Assembly: GCA_964194625.1 (NCBI GenBank)
Contig: CAXMNC010000202.1
Span: 1,050 to 65,049 of the forward strand
Source of the DNA: Acidiferrobacterales bacterium
Lineage (GTDB): Bacteria; Pseudomonadota; Gammaproteobacteria; Acidiferrobacterales; SPGG2
DNA length: 64,000 nt
Direction: 5' to 3'
The notes under the pieces are model-generated. The model was not told where the DNA came from, ran no database searches, and saw nothing but the letters and a program-made list of their open reading frames with translations. A program made the translations under genes and the position numbers. Positions 54,481 to 64,000 of this stretch are shown here, piece after piece. Each line of letters begins with the position of its first letter. Position 1 is the stretch's first letter.

Positions 54481-57129
54481 TCAACCAGCCATCACCAGTT
54501 CTTTGAGAACTGTATTTGGCTTGTCCAGATCGGTAAACCGGCCCTGCTCGACGACCTTACCACCGTCGAGTACCAGAGTATGATCGAATTCACGACCTAG
54601 ACTGGCACGGTGTAGGACCCAGATCAAGCCACGGTCTCTGAACTCGCGAAACAGCGCCTCCATTATCTTGGTCTGGGTTGCGCCATCCATCGCCGCCGTG
54701 GCCTCGTCTATGACCAGCAGATCCGGGCGTTTCAGTACCGCACGTGCGATGGCGATTTTCTGCCGCTGTACCGGGCTCAAGCGACTTCCGGCGATACCAA
54801 CTTGATGATCGAGTCCCACTTGCATCACGGTACGACGGAGCCCAAGTTTTTCTGCGATCTCGCCAATAAGCGTCCCCACGGTTGAGGCCGCCCTTGGCTT
54901 ACCGTAGGCCAGCCGACCGAACAGGATATTGTCTTGGATAGAGATGGCCGGGTTATATCGTTCTGGATCGAAGAACTCAATCGCTCCCTTATGTTCTCCG
55001 AGGCCTTCGGCAAACGCATGGCGGGCTTCCAACAGTCGTACTTGCATGCGTGCATCAACAAGCCCAAGTCGGTGCCGGGTGGGGATCAGCTTGAACGGCA
55101 AGGACAACAACATGCTTCTATCTTCGGGTGTCAACTGCGCCGACGCCACGCCCTCGATACGGGTCAGCATGCTTTGGAAGGCCGGCAGATCATCGGCCCG
55201 AATGAAACTGTATTGTTCGAACAACTCACTGCCCGGTTCCACGTCGGCGAACAAATCAACCATGACCGCCGCCAACTTACGACCAATTTCGATGAACTGT
55301 GGCGTCAAATCCATGTCCCCCAACACTTTTCGCATATAGTCGTTGGCGGACAGATTTTCTATTTGAAAACGGTCATCACATGGGGTACCAAATAACAGAT
55401 TCTCAGCAATCGTCATGTTACTGTTAAATCGATTTCGATCGAACAAGTCCACTAGCGGTGCTACGTCCGGATCGCTAATTCGATCTCGCAGTGCGTTGCG
55501 CGCTTGCAAAATCTGAGCCGCAAGCTCAGGTTGCTCGTCCGGATCGATAGTGCCCTTTAGGCCAAGCTGATAAGCATCTTCGTCCATGTCAACCATATTT
55601 AATACGTCGACTGCTCTATCGTTCAATTCATTCGGCCCCGCGACACCAGCGGCAGCGTAATCAACCCAGTCCGCATTGATGTCATGCTCGGAGTCACCAG
55701 CGGCAGCTGCCTCCGCCATGCGCGCTACAAACTGTTGCTTGGCTTCACCGTCATATTCGGCCGCGAGTAGTGGACGATGCTTTAATGTGTAAAACAGGTT
55801 GTCACGCAAACTGCCGGAACGCAGCTTTGGTTCTTGACCAACATAAGCGATCCGACGACCAATCACTGTTTCGGGAGACTCGGTGAGTGCGACGTCGCCG
55901 ATATGCACACTGCCACCCAGGGGTTTTGCGACACCAGCGAGCAGCGACGCAAGTCGTTTCTTTCCGCTGTCGCCTTTGCCAATTAGCGCGACACGTTGCC
56001 CTGTATCAAATCTGAAGGTCACCCCACTCGCAAACCCAGTATCAGCTTCTTCTTCGTCTCGTAGGTCTACGTTAGTGGCAACAAGCTCACCAGCAAGGGT
56101 TGGCATAGGCTCAGGTTCATCAGTCTGCATACTCTCATCGAGCATGCCCTGCGGCCCAAAGGTCTCGATCAACAACTCGTATTTAATCCGCGCGTCTTCC
56201 CTAATTTGATAATACCTAAGCAGTTCCTTCCATGGTGCAGAGATATCCTTGTAGGCGGCCAGCACTGCAACCAGCGCGCCAAAGGTCAACTGCCCTTTGA
56301 TAACCAGATAACCGCCGATAGAGAAGAAAAAGAAGGGTGTCAACTTGTCAATAAAATTATTTAAAAACTTAATAAAGAACTTCAGTCGAAAAATCTTCAG
56401 TCGCACACCGTATATCCTATCCATTCGATCGGAGAAATCGGCTAGCTCCAGTCTGGACGTATCGTGGGCATGCACTTCCTGGATGCCAGTAACCACTCCA
56501 CTGATACCCTCGGACAATTTCCTCACTTGAACTACACGCTGTTTACCAAGCGCATTGACCTTGCGCTGTAATTTTGGAATCAGATATACCTGCATTGGGT
56601 ACAGTGCGATGGCAGCAGTACCAAGCACCCAGTCTTGAACGAACATGAACACAAGTATCGTCAACAGTGTCCCGCCCTGAAAAGCGGGTAAAGCAACCGA
56701 ATCGCCAACAAAGCCGCCAAGCGGTTCGGCCTCGGCTGTGATCATAGAGACGATCTCGCCTTCAGACTGCCGGCGAAAGTGGTGTAGCGGAAATCGCAGT
56801 ACGCGACTAAATAGCTGGTTTCGCAGTCGACGCAACATTCGTTCAGCCACCACACCACGATACACGTTAACAAAGTACTTAAAACCGCCATTGATAAAGA
56901 CTAAGGCTAGGAAAAATGCGCACAGAACCATCAGATAAGGAATCTGATTGAGCTCATAGCCGAAAAGCACCTGTGGAAAATCACTAGCACCGATGGCTTC
57001 ATTGATGATGGTCTTGGGTAAATCGAGCGAGACGTACAGAAATGGGAAGGACGCCGCAGTTACCAGTAGCAGTAGTATTTGTTCCCTGCGACTGTACTTG
57101 AAAATAAACTTGAATATGCTCGGTTCCAT
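54481..57129 (-). CDS. ABC exporter half-transporter (TMD-NBD) with greatly expanded NBD
   Basis: 882 aa. A type-I exporter TMD covers ~aa 1-330. Walker A-like GKGDSGKK (aa 384-391), Q-loop YVGQEP (aa 432), signature-like LSPVQ (aa 784), Walker B LLVIDEA, H-loop VLHR. Confidence 0.8.
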   Translation of the reverse strand: MEPSIFKFIFKYSRREQILLLLVTAASFPFLYVSLDLPKTIINEAIGASDFPQVLFGYELNQIPYLMVLCAFFLALVFINGGFKYFVNVYRGVVAERMLRRLRNQLFSRVLRFPLHHFRRQSEGEIVSMITAEAEPLGGFVGDSVALPAFQGGTLLTILVFMFVQDWVLGTAAIALYPMQVYLIPKLQRKVNALGKQRVVQVRKLSEGISGVVTGIQEVHAHDTSRLELADFSDRMDRIYGVRLKIFRLKFFIKFLNNFIDKLTPFFFFSIGGYLVIKGQLTFGALVAVLAAYKDISAPWKELLRYYQIREDARIKYELLIETFGPQGMLDESMQTDEPEPMPTLAGELVATNVDLRDEEEADTGFASGVTFRFDTGQRVALIGKGDSGKKRLASLLAGVAKPLGGSVHIGDVALTESPETVIGRRIAYVGQEPKLRSGSLRDNLFYTLKHRPLLAAEYDGEAKQQFVARMAEAAAAGDSEHDINADWVDYAAAGVAGPNELNDRAVDVLNMVDMDEDAYQLGLKGTIDPDEQPELAAQILQARNALRDRISDPDVAPLVDLFDRNRFNSNMTIAENLLFGTPCDDRFQIENLSANDYMRKVLGDMDLTPQFIEIGRKLAAVMVDLFADVEPGSELFEQYSFIRADDLPAFQSMLTRIEGVASAQLTPEDRSMLLSLPFKLIPTRHRLGLVDARMQVRLLEARHAFAEGLGEHKGAIEFFDPERYNPAISIQDNILFGRLAYGKPRAASTVGTLIGEIAEKLGLRRTVMQVGLDHQVGIAGSRLSPVQRQKIAIARAVLKRPDLLVIDEATAAMDGATQTKIMEALFREFRDRGLIWVLHRASLGREFDHTLVLDGGKVVEQGRFTDLDKPNTVLKELVMAG

Positions 57130-57244
57130 GGTCTTCGCCTTTCTTTCGGAGCCGGGAGACGGCTCACTCTAGCCAAAAGACTTTGACGGCCAAAGTAAGT
57201 ATGAATTCCGCCAAGCCTTGCTCGGTTGGCTGATAGCGCCAGCG

Positions 57245-59692
57245 CTACATGCGAACGCGTTCACTCTTCGGGTCATAGAAAGGCCGAAGCGAAGCGCGGG
57301 CTGGAATGCGTTCGCACGCAACCTCGATCTCATAAGATCCTGCATTAACAAAGTTCGCATTCACACCATCTTCGTGCTCAACATGGCCCATGCCGATCGC
57401 ACATCCAATGGTATAGCCAAACATACCGGAGGTAATACGCCCGACGATCTTGCCGTCTCGCCAGATGGGCTCATCGTGATATAGCAACGGCTCCGGATCT
57501 TCCAACGAAAATTGTACAAGCCTACGCTTAAGACCAGTCTCTTTCTGACGTAGAAGCGCGTCGCGGCCGATAAAATCAGCGTCCTTATCAAACGCCACGG
57601 CAAAACCCAACCCGGCCTCGAGCGGCGTGTCTTCCTCGGTGATGTCGTCACCCCAATGTCGATAGCCTTTCTCCATGCGCAGCGAGTTCATGGCATGCAT
57701 ACCTACATGTTTCAGCCCCAAAGCATCGCCCGCGGCGACGATGGCATCGTAAACCCCGAGCGAGAACTCGGTCGGTATATAGAGTTCCCAACCAAGCTCG
57801 CCAACATAGCTGATGCGCGAGGCTCTGACTTTAGCGTAAGCCAGGTCTATCTCCTGCGACGTTGCGAAAGGAAAGGCGTCGTTCGACAGGTCAGCATCGG
57901 TTACGCGCGTAAGTAGATCACGCGCGCGTGGACCCATTACTCCCAGCACGGCATGTCCCGACGTAACATCCGTTAACACCGCGTGGGCGCCGTCGGGGAT
58001 GTGTCGCTGCAGCCAAACAAAATCTCTAACCTGCGTACCGGCTGCTGTGACCACGAGGTAGCTGTCCTCGGTGAGCCGAGTCACTGTCAGGTCCGCTTCG
58101 ATGCCACCGCGCTCATTAAGCCATTGAGTGTAGACGATCTTACCCGGTGGCACGGCCACGTTATTGGCGCATACGCGACTCAGTATTTTTTCCGCATCGC
58201 GCCCTTGTAGCAGGAATTTCGCGAATGACGTCTGGTCCAGTATGCCTACGGTTTCGCGTATGGCTCTGTGTTCGGCACCGGAATACTCGAACCAGTTCTG
58301 ACGCCCATAGGAATATTCGTACTTCGGCTCGACCCCAGGGGGGGCAAACCAATTGGCGCGTTCCCACCCAGCCAATTCGCCGAAGCAGGCGCCACGTGCA
58401 GCCAAACGGTCATGCAGCGGTGTGGTACGGATCGGGCGCGCGGTTTCCACCTGCCGAAATGGCCAGTGCATAGCATATAGCAACCCCAACCCCTCAATCG
58501 TGCGATCGCGCAGATAGCGGCGGTTTCCCTGAAATGGCGCCCAGCGGCGGATATCCACATCCCAAAGATCCATGGGTGGTCGACCCTTAACAATCCACTC
58601 GGCCAACACCATGCCGACACCACCCGATGATTGAATACCGATGGAATTAAAGCCGGCCGCCACGAAAAAATTCTTTAGTTCAGGCGCTTCACCCAAGATA
58701 TAGCGATTGTCAGGCGTAAAACTCTCAGGCCCACAGAAAAACAACTGAATCCCGGCGTCCTTCAACATCGGAATGCGATGCAAGGCGTTATTTAAGATAG
58801 GCTCGAAATGGTCCCAGTCTTCTGGCAACTGGTCGAATTCGAAATCTTCTGGAATGCCGTCCATACCCCAAGGTTTGGCAGTCGGCTCAAATGCACCCAC
58901 CAGCAACTTACCGGCATCTTCCTTGTAGTAGGTGTAACCATCGGGATCCCGTAACACGGCCAGATCCGGGGTTAGCGCTTTTATCGGCTCAGTGACGATA
59001 TAAAAATGCTCAGCCGCGTGCAGTGGCACGTTGACCCCACACATGTTGCCGATCTCCCGCCCCCACATGCCACCACAATTGACGACGTACTCGGCCACAA
59101 TGTCACCCTGATCAGTCGCCACACCGGTGACGCGGCCGCCCTCACGATGAATGGCGGTGACCTTCGTATGCTCATAGATCGATGCCCCACCCATTTTCGC
59201 CCCGCGCGCGATCGCCTGGGCAACGTCCATGGGGTTGAGTTGGCCGTCCTTGGGCAAAAATACCGCGCCCACCAGATCATCGGTATTCAACAGTGGCCAT
59301 ATGCTACGTGCATCGCCAGGGGTGATAACCTCTACTTCAAGGCCAAAACAACGCGCCATCGAGGCGCCGCGTTTTAGCTCTTCAAACCGTCCATTATTGG
59401 TGGCAAGCGACAGCGAGCCATTCTGCTTGAAACCCGTTGCCTGACCAGTCTCCTGCTCCAAGGTTCCAAAGAGATCGCAAGTGTATTGCGCGAGCCGGGT
59501 GAGGTTATGTGACGCGCGCAACTGACCGACAAGCCCGGCTGCATGCCAAGTCGTACCACAAGCAAGAGCCTTGCGTTCGAGTAGGACAACGTCCTTCCAC
59601 CCCAACTTGGTCAAATGGTAGGCGACGCTACAGCCAACAATGCCGCCGCCGATAATGACAACCTGTGCCTGCGCAGGAAGATTCTTAGCCAT
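57245..59692 (-). CDS. Dimethylglycine/sarcosine dehydrogenase-family protein (FAD oxidoreductase + GcvT folate-binding domain)
   Basis: 815 aa from ATG 59692 ([27 protein letters not shown]). The C-terminal half is aminomethyltransferase-like ([12 protein letters not shown]). Confidence 0.85.
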   Translation of the reverse strand: MAKNLPAQAQVVIIGGGIVGCSVAYHLTKLGWKDVVLLERKALACGTTWHAAGLVGQLRASHNLTRLAQYTCDLFGTLEQETGQATGFKQNGSLSLATNNGRFEELKRGASMARCFGLEVEVITPGDARSIWPLLNTDDLVGAVFLPKDGQLNPMDVAQAIARGAKMGGASIYEHTKVTAIHREGGRVTGVATDQGDIVAEYVVNCGGMWGREIGNMCGVNVPLHAAEHFYIVTEPIKALTPDLAVLRDPDGYTYYKEDAGKLLVGAFEPTAKPWGMDGIPEDFEFDQLPEDWDHFEPILNNALHRIPMLKDAGIQLFFCGPESFTPDNRYILGEAPELKNFFVAAGFNSIGIQSSGGVGMVLAEWIVKGRPPMDLWDVDIRRWAPFQGNRRYLRDRTIEGLGLLYAMHWPFRQVETARPIRTTPLHDRLAARGACFGELAGWERANWFAPPGVEPKYEYSYGRQNWFEYSGAEHRAIRETVGILDQTSFAKFLLQGRDAEKILSRVCANNVAVPPGKIVYTQWLNERGGIEADLTVTRLTEDSYLVVTAAGTQVRDFVWLQRHIPDGAHAVLTDVTSGHAVLGVMGPRARDLLTRVTDADLSNDAFPFATSQEIDLAYAKVRASRISYVGELGWELYIPTEFSLGVYDAIVAAGDALGLKHVGMHAMNSLRMEKGYRHWGDDITEEDTPLEAGLGFAVAFDKDADFIGRDALLRQKETGLKRRLVQFSLEDPEPLLYHDEPIWRDGKIVGRITSGMFGYTIGCAIGMGHVEHEDGVNANFVNAGSYEIEVACERIPARASLRPFYDPKSERVRM

Positions 59693-59744
59693 CGCGTGCT
59701 CTCCTAGTTGGCTCTTGCTAACTACTCTTGGGCACCCCATTAAA

Positions 59745-60296
59745 TCAGAGTGCAGCCATAACCTCATCCCATGAGCGGCACAGCGTTACACCGGCCGGTA
59801 TCACAAATTCTCCATCGACTCCCGGCTTGAATAATATGGCGCGAGCGCCCCGTTCTGATAAGTGGACAAGATGACGTACGTCATCATCTACAAGTACGCT
59901 GACGCCGTGCTCCCTACAAAGCGTCTGTTTATCGCTAGTTGCAGAAGAAAAGATGTTACTAATAGTATCAATAGCTCCGTGCTGCTCCAGCCATGTCTTA
60001 GCAAACGTAATACGGTATGGCGGACGTGCGGTGATAATATAGACCCTACTATGCAGGCTCAAGGTCCGAAGCGCGTCGAGAGCGCCAACAATAGGCGGGG
60101 CGACGAGTGTGTAGTCACGCTCATAGACCACCGATGACATGGCTTCATAGTTCTCTAGGCCGATCATGGGGACACAGGTCGTCCGATCACACTGCCAAGG
60201 TGATACCTCGAGTCCTAAGTTGTCCCGAATCCACGTCGCCTTAACAAAATTAGTGTCGGCGATGGTAGCATCGTAGTCGATACCAAGACACGGCAT
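59745..60296 (-). CDS. HAD-superfamily hydrolase (5'(3')-nucleotidase-like)
   Basis: 183 aa. Motif I GIDYDATI, motif II YIITAR, motif IV VLVDDD. Confidence 0.55.
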   Translation of the reverse strand: MPCLGIDYDATIADTNFVKATWIRDNLGLEVSPWQCDRTTCVPMIGLENYEAMSSVVYERDYTLVAPPIVGALDALRTLSLHSRVYIITARPPYRITFAKTWLEQHGAIDTISNIFSSATSDKQTLCREHGVSVLVDDDVRHLVHLSERGARAILFKPGVDGEFVIPAGVTLCRSWDEVMAAL

Positions 60297-60341
60297 TCGA
60301 GTTACTCGTTCACCAGCATTAGCAGAAATCTCACCCGCCGT

Positions 60342-61826
60342 TTACTCATTAACGCTGAAGGTGCGATATACATAATCGAGTTTTCTGTTGATGTTCTTGT
60401 TGTAGACCTTATTGACTTTGGAGTTTTCTTTCAGTCGCCACTCGCTGGTTCTATTAGCGAGGGCCTCAGCCAAGGTCCACCTATAGCTGAACGTCCTTCC
60501 AGACAGATTGTGGATGGCTTCAATCTGTGCCGCTGTGAACCAACTTTCATCGAGCAAATCTATTTTTTCAGATTCGACTACGAACTTGCCGGTCTGCGCG
60601 TAGTACAGGGCGGCTCTGTCTTGACCATCTGTGAGTGCGCGTTTTGCGTGTAACGCATCAAGGAATTGAACGCCGGAACTGAAGCTTTTACCGCGCAGCT
60701 CTTGGAGAGCCTTGATCGGGATCTTGTGCTCTGAAAGTTTCTTCAACACCGGCGCCGACAATTCATAACGGACCTCACGGTAGACTTGTTGATTGAAAAC
60801 GTTCTGCAGGAAAAACAATGCGATAAAACAAACAACGGCTGAAATTACGGGCGTGGTGATCCAACCACCACCGATGTTGGCCAACACTTGCCAACGTATC
60901 TCCCGGCCACCCCGCATAAGCCCAATACCCACCACGGCTCCGATCACCGCCTGCGAACTAGAAACCGGAACCAGGGGAATCGTCGGTAATCCATTGTTTG
61001 CAAGCAAATATTCAAGTCCCTCGGAAGCGAATAGAAAAAGAACGATCGAATGCGAAATAACGACCACCCAAGCTGCCACCGGGGACATTGGCAACAGATC
61101 TTGACCCACCGTCAACATCACTTTCTTCGAATACGTGAATACGCCGACGGCAATGGCGATCGCACCAAGCAAGAAAAGTTGTTGTACAGATGTAAGCGTA
61201 AAAAAATCAGCGACTTTGAAATCGGTAAACGATGAAACTGGCACAAAGACGCCCATAACATTAGCAATGTTATTGGCGCCCAAGCTGTACGCTCCGAAGG
61301 CGCCGGCGCATATCAAGGCCAAGCGTGTGTACGCATCCAACCGGAGCAGATGAAATTTTCCCCAACGCAGGAACTGCTCCACCAACTTGAATATGGGCAC
61401 AGCGATGAGGCCGGCCAGTAGGGGGCATGCCACCCAGGTGGCAAAGATCTTGATCAAAGCACTGGTATCGGTGACAGAGCCACTAAACAGATTCCAACCT
61501 ATGATGGCGCCGACAACTGCTTGGCTTGTAGACACCGGTAGCCCCCATTTGGTCATCATGTAGACGGTACCGGCGGCGGACAATGCCACCATAAATGCGC
61601 CAGCAAGCGCATTAATCGAACCGAGTTCTCCCAGCGTGTGGGTAGTGCCGGCACCACTTATGACCGCACCAAGAATGACGAAAACGCTGCAGACGATGGC
61701 GGCCGTCGTGAATTTGACCATTCGTGTGCCAACCGCAGTGCCGAATACATTGGCCGCATCATTAGCCCCCAAAGACCAACCGAGAAACAGTCCACTGGTG
61801 AGAAAGAAAAGTACGGTGAGATCCAT
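60342..61826 (-). CDS. Inorganic phosphate transporter, PiT family, with ~150-aa soluble C-terminal extension
   Basis: 494 aa. Duplicated GANDAANVFGTAVG / GANNIANVMGVFV PiT signatures sit within ~345 aa of TM-rich sequence, followed by a hydrophilic tail. Confidence 0.85.
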   Translation of the reverse strand: MDLTVLFFLTSGLFLGWSLGANDAANVFGTAVGTRMVKFTTAAIVCSVFVILGAVISGAGTTHTLGELGSINALAGAFMVALSAAGTVYMMTKWGLPVSTSQAVVGAIIGWNLFSGSVTDTSALIKIFATWVACPLLAGLIAVPIFKLVEQFLRWGKFHLLRLDAYTRLALICAGAFGAYSLGANNIANVMGVFVPVSSFTDFKVADFFTLTSVQQLFLLGAIAIAVGVFTYSKKVMLTVGQDLLPMSPVAAWVVVISHSIVLFLFASEGLEYLLANNGLPTIPLVPVSSSQAVIGAVVGIGLMRGGREIRWQVLANIGGGWITTPVISAVVCFIALFFLQNVFNQQVYREVRYELSAPVLKKLSEHKIPIKALQELRGKSFSSGVQFLDALHAKRALTDGQDRAALYYAQTGKFVVESEKIDLLDESWFTAAQIEAIHNLSGRTFSYRWTLAEALANRTSEWRLKENSKVNKVYNKNINRKLDYVYRTFSVNE

Positions 61827-61918
61827 AGTCCTTTGTTCGCTAGCCAGTCTGAATGCGGGAGGTTGGTCCGGCTAACGTGATCTTTAACCCGAACGCGGAA
61901 TGATATCGTCCAACACCA

Positions 61919-62569
61919 CTAGATCTTGCGCTTAATGGCATAAATCGCTAGTGCATCAGCAATATCTTCAGCCTCATTGGCGAGTTCATCCACGCGTTCG
62001 GCGAAATAGCGGAGTTGGGTCTTGTGCGCAAGCTCGAGATCGGAGGCAAAAACGGCCCTTTTCAGCTTGGTACTGATCTTGTCAGCTTCGGTTTCAAGAA
62101 ACATCACCTTACTGTTGTGATCACGCACTGCCTCGATATCTCTAAAGAATGCTCGTGCCGCTAACACCACCGCCTCGACGCATGTGACCACGGTTTCCGT
62201 AAGTTCCTTAAAGCCCCTGCGAAAACTGGCCGGAATCTCGGGCGCTTCGATGGAAAAGCGGTAGAGATCGGCTTCATAGATGTTAAGCAGGTAGTCCATG
62301 TTTTCGAGCAGGCTCAGCACGTCGCCCCGCAAGTCGGGAATAAGCGTCTGTGCGTATAAGTCAGTTTCGATGGCGCGGCGTAATTCGTCGCCGCGATGCT
62401 CGATGCCCTTACACTGCTCCAGCAACGCGTCGAATTCTTTACCCTGGCCTTTCTTCAGGTAGAGCTTAATAGCACGTTTGAAGACCAGGCCGGCCTCTGA
62501 GATCTTATCCAGAAACTCGTCGATCTGATTTTCGAGCACCCGTGTTCTTCCGAATAAATGCAAAGCCAT
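61919..62569 (-). CDS. DUF47 / TIGR00153 PhoU-like phosphate-transport regulator
   Basis: 216 aa from ATG 62569 (MALHLFGRTRVLENQIDEFLDKI). All-helical PhoU-like sequence immediately upstream of the PiT gene, which is the usual pairing. Confidence 0.8.
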   Translation of the reverse strand: MALHLFGRTRVLENQIDEFLDKISEAGLVFKRAIKLYLKKGQGKEFDALLEQCKGIEHRGDELRRAIETDLYAQTLIPDLRGDVLSLLENMDYLLNIYEADLYRFSIEAPEIPASFRRGFKELTETVVTCVEAVVLAARAFFRDIEAVRDHNSKVMFLETEADKISTKLKRAVFASDLELAHKTQLRYFAERVDELANEAEDIADALAIYAIKRKI

Positions 62570-62828
62570 TATTATTAGTCCTCGATCTCCGGGGCGCACC
62601 CCACCGTTATTTTCCCTGGATTCAGCCAGTCCCTACCGTACCATGCTTGATCGAAATCGCTACACCCTGGGGCGGACTTCGGCCGTCAGCAACTTGTCGT
62701 TGTTTAAAGCGACCTGCTTTGGGGCGTAACCCACTCGAACGCAGCACAGCAGTGGCAGAAAATTGCTACGAGCGGTGTTCCCCGCAATGCTGCTGGCCCC
62801 TCTCTTTTGGTTATATTTTTTAGTATGT

Positions 62829-62851
62829 TACTGTCACAGTCCGTACTGTCA
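62829..62851 (+). promoter_or_regulatory. Direct repeat TACTGTCA-N7-TACTGTCA in the long intergenic region (candidate regulator site; Pho-box-like half-sites but atypical spacing)
   Basis: tactgtca occurs at 62829-62836 and again at 62844-62851, next to an AT-rich stretch (tatattttttagtatg). Confidence 0.2.
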
Positions 62852-62996
62852 ATCGCGGTCAGATCCGCAGTTGGCCCCAATACTGGCGCAGAATTGGCTA
62901 CTTGCGAAAACAGAGTGCATGGGTTGAAATTCCGTCTACCGGCGGTACTGGGCACGCCGCAAACGCTAGCTGATCTTTTGGGACCGGCTCGGTATC

Positions 62997-63191
62997 ATGT
63001 TTGGTGCCGAATATGACTCGTTCTTCTACGATGGCATCTTCTTGACGATCATTGGCCAATTTACGCTTATTGCCACTTACGCCATGCTCGTTTTTATTTC
63101 ACGTCTGCGACGTTTGGATCCTGCGCTTGATCGGAACATCTTCGACCCGGGCGATCTCGAAGATCAGGTCGACTCTTCGGAACAGCAATAG
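62997..63191 (+). CDS. Possible small membrane protein (64 aa), hypothetical
   Basis: The ORF has one hydrophobic helix (IFLTIIGQFTLIATYAMLVFI) and an acidic tail. I saw no clear RBS and no recognisable family. Confidence 0.2.
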   Translation: MFGAEYDSFFYDGIFLTIIGQFTLIATYAMLVFISRLRRLDPALDRNIFDPGDLEDQVDSSEQQ

Positions 63192-63244
63192 ACCCGAGTT
63201 TTTCTGACCGACCCCCTTACCAGCACTAAACACGGCGAAATCAC

Positions 63245-64000
63245 TATGCGTCTCCTGACTACCTGCATCGGCGCCTACCCGAAACCTGACTACGTCACCA
63301 TTCCGGACTGGTTCAAGAGTACGGAAGGCCCGGATACGCGCACACCCACCAAGGACTGGGCATCAGCCGTCGAAAAACTCGGCGATCAGGCGGAAGAAAT
63401 CTTTGCCCGCGGCACCCGCGATGCGATCGAAGATCAGATCAACGCCGGCATTGACACCCCCACCGATGGTGAGATCCGCCGGGAAGATTATATCCATTAC
63501 CACTGCCGACATATCGATGGTATCGATTTCACAAAGCTAACTGAAAAGGTACTTCGCGATGGGGCTTATAGTGCGGAGTTGCCGACGGTCACCGGTCCTG
63601 TCCGGGCACGCGACCATTTTCTGCCGCATGATTGGCGGGTGGCACAGTCATTCACAGATAAACCAGTAAAGATGACCATACCCGGACCAATGACGATTTC
63701 CGATACCATCGTCGATCATTACTATGATGACCCGGCACGGTTCGGTGCTGAACTCGCCAGCGCACTCAACTTTGAGGTACTGGCTTTAGCGGACGCCGGT
63801 TGCAAAAACATCCAGATCGACGAGCCCCTATTTGCACGGCGGCGACAAGAGGCGCTCGAGTTCGGTATTGAGAACTTAGAACGCGCCTTCCATGGCTGTC
63901 CCGCCGGTGTGGTACGCACCATGCATATGTGTTGTGGTTACCCAAACCGACTCGACAACCCTAACTATCCTAAAGCGCCTCCGGAATCTTATTCGCAGCT
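63245..64000 (+). CDS. Cobalamin-independent methionine synthase family protein (MetE C-terminal-domain-like), 3' end outside window
   Basis: The frame is open from ATG 63245 to the window end (252 codons). MRLLTTCIGAYPKPDY..., TDGEIRREDY, IQIDEPLF and HMCCGY are motifs of the MetE-like/UROD-fold family. Confidence 0.8.

Noticed and set aside
62829-62851. The CTGTCA direct repeat interpreted as a canonical PhoB Pho box.
   Set aside because: The half-sites are spaced 15 nt apart, not the 11 nt of the consensus. The site is ~260 nt from the DUF47 start. It is retained only as a low-confidence regulatory candidate.
62900-62990. A cobalamin-riboswitch-like stretch (gggttgaaattccg...cacgccgcaaacgcta...gggaccggc) upstream of the MetE-like gene.
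   Set aside because: The similarity is only loose. I could not find the GCCACTG core or a convincing B12 box, and a small ORF lies between it and the gene. I kept it only as something to test with cmsearch.

Overview
This is a proteobacterial chromosomal segment; I saw no rRNA, tRNA or CRISPR by eye. All functional calls come from reading the translated ORFs and the DNA, with no database search.

- **1-27986, core nitrogen and C3/C4 metabolism:** an AapJQMP-type general amino-acid ABC importer (AapM carries an extra ~200-aa membrane insertion), a 2OG-oxygenase-like ORF, acetoacetyl-CoA synthetase, the 1616-aa NAD-glutamate dehydrogenase, an alpha/beta hydrolase, GabD, a Zn-ADH and PanC. It also holds a beta-alanine/taurine dissimilation cluster (MmsA, omega-amino-acid:pyruvate aminotransferase, MocR-type regulator, Ald, Xsc, GMC oxidoreductase, Pta).
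- **27987-35967, mosaic accessory patch:** a methyltransferase + carbamoyltransferase pair, a truncated primase N-terminus, and an odd HAD/TM/coiled-coil/pentapeptide-repeat protein containing nine 30-bp tandem repeats. A truncated IS110 transposase is fused to a second, diverged carbamoyltransferase 3' fragment, followed by two more methyltransferases.
- **35968-48654, the most unusual block:** an 11-gene minus-strand operon with overlapping stop/start codons. It couples four glycosyltransferases, a histidine phosphatase, a NodB-like deacetylase and a small membrane protein to a complete Opp/Dpp-type ABC importer. A dehydrogenase/aminotransferase/methyltransferase trio (48980-51810) is divergent from it.
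- **51828-57129, cyclic-nucleotide module:** a 6-TM class III cyclase with a non-canonical substrate residue, an HD hydrolase, a stand-alone cNMP-binding protein, and an ABC exporter with a ~300-aa insertion in its ATPase domain.
- **Right end:** a DMGDH-family oxidoreductase, a HAD hydrolase, a DUF47-PiT phosphate pair and a partial MetE-like gene.
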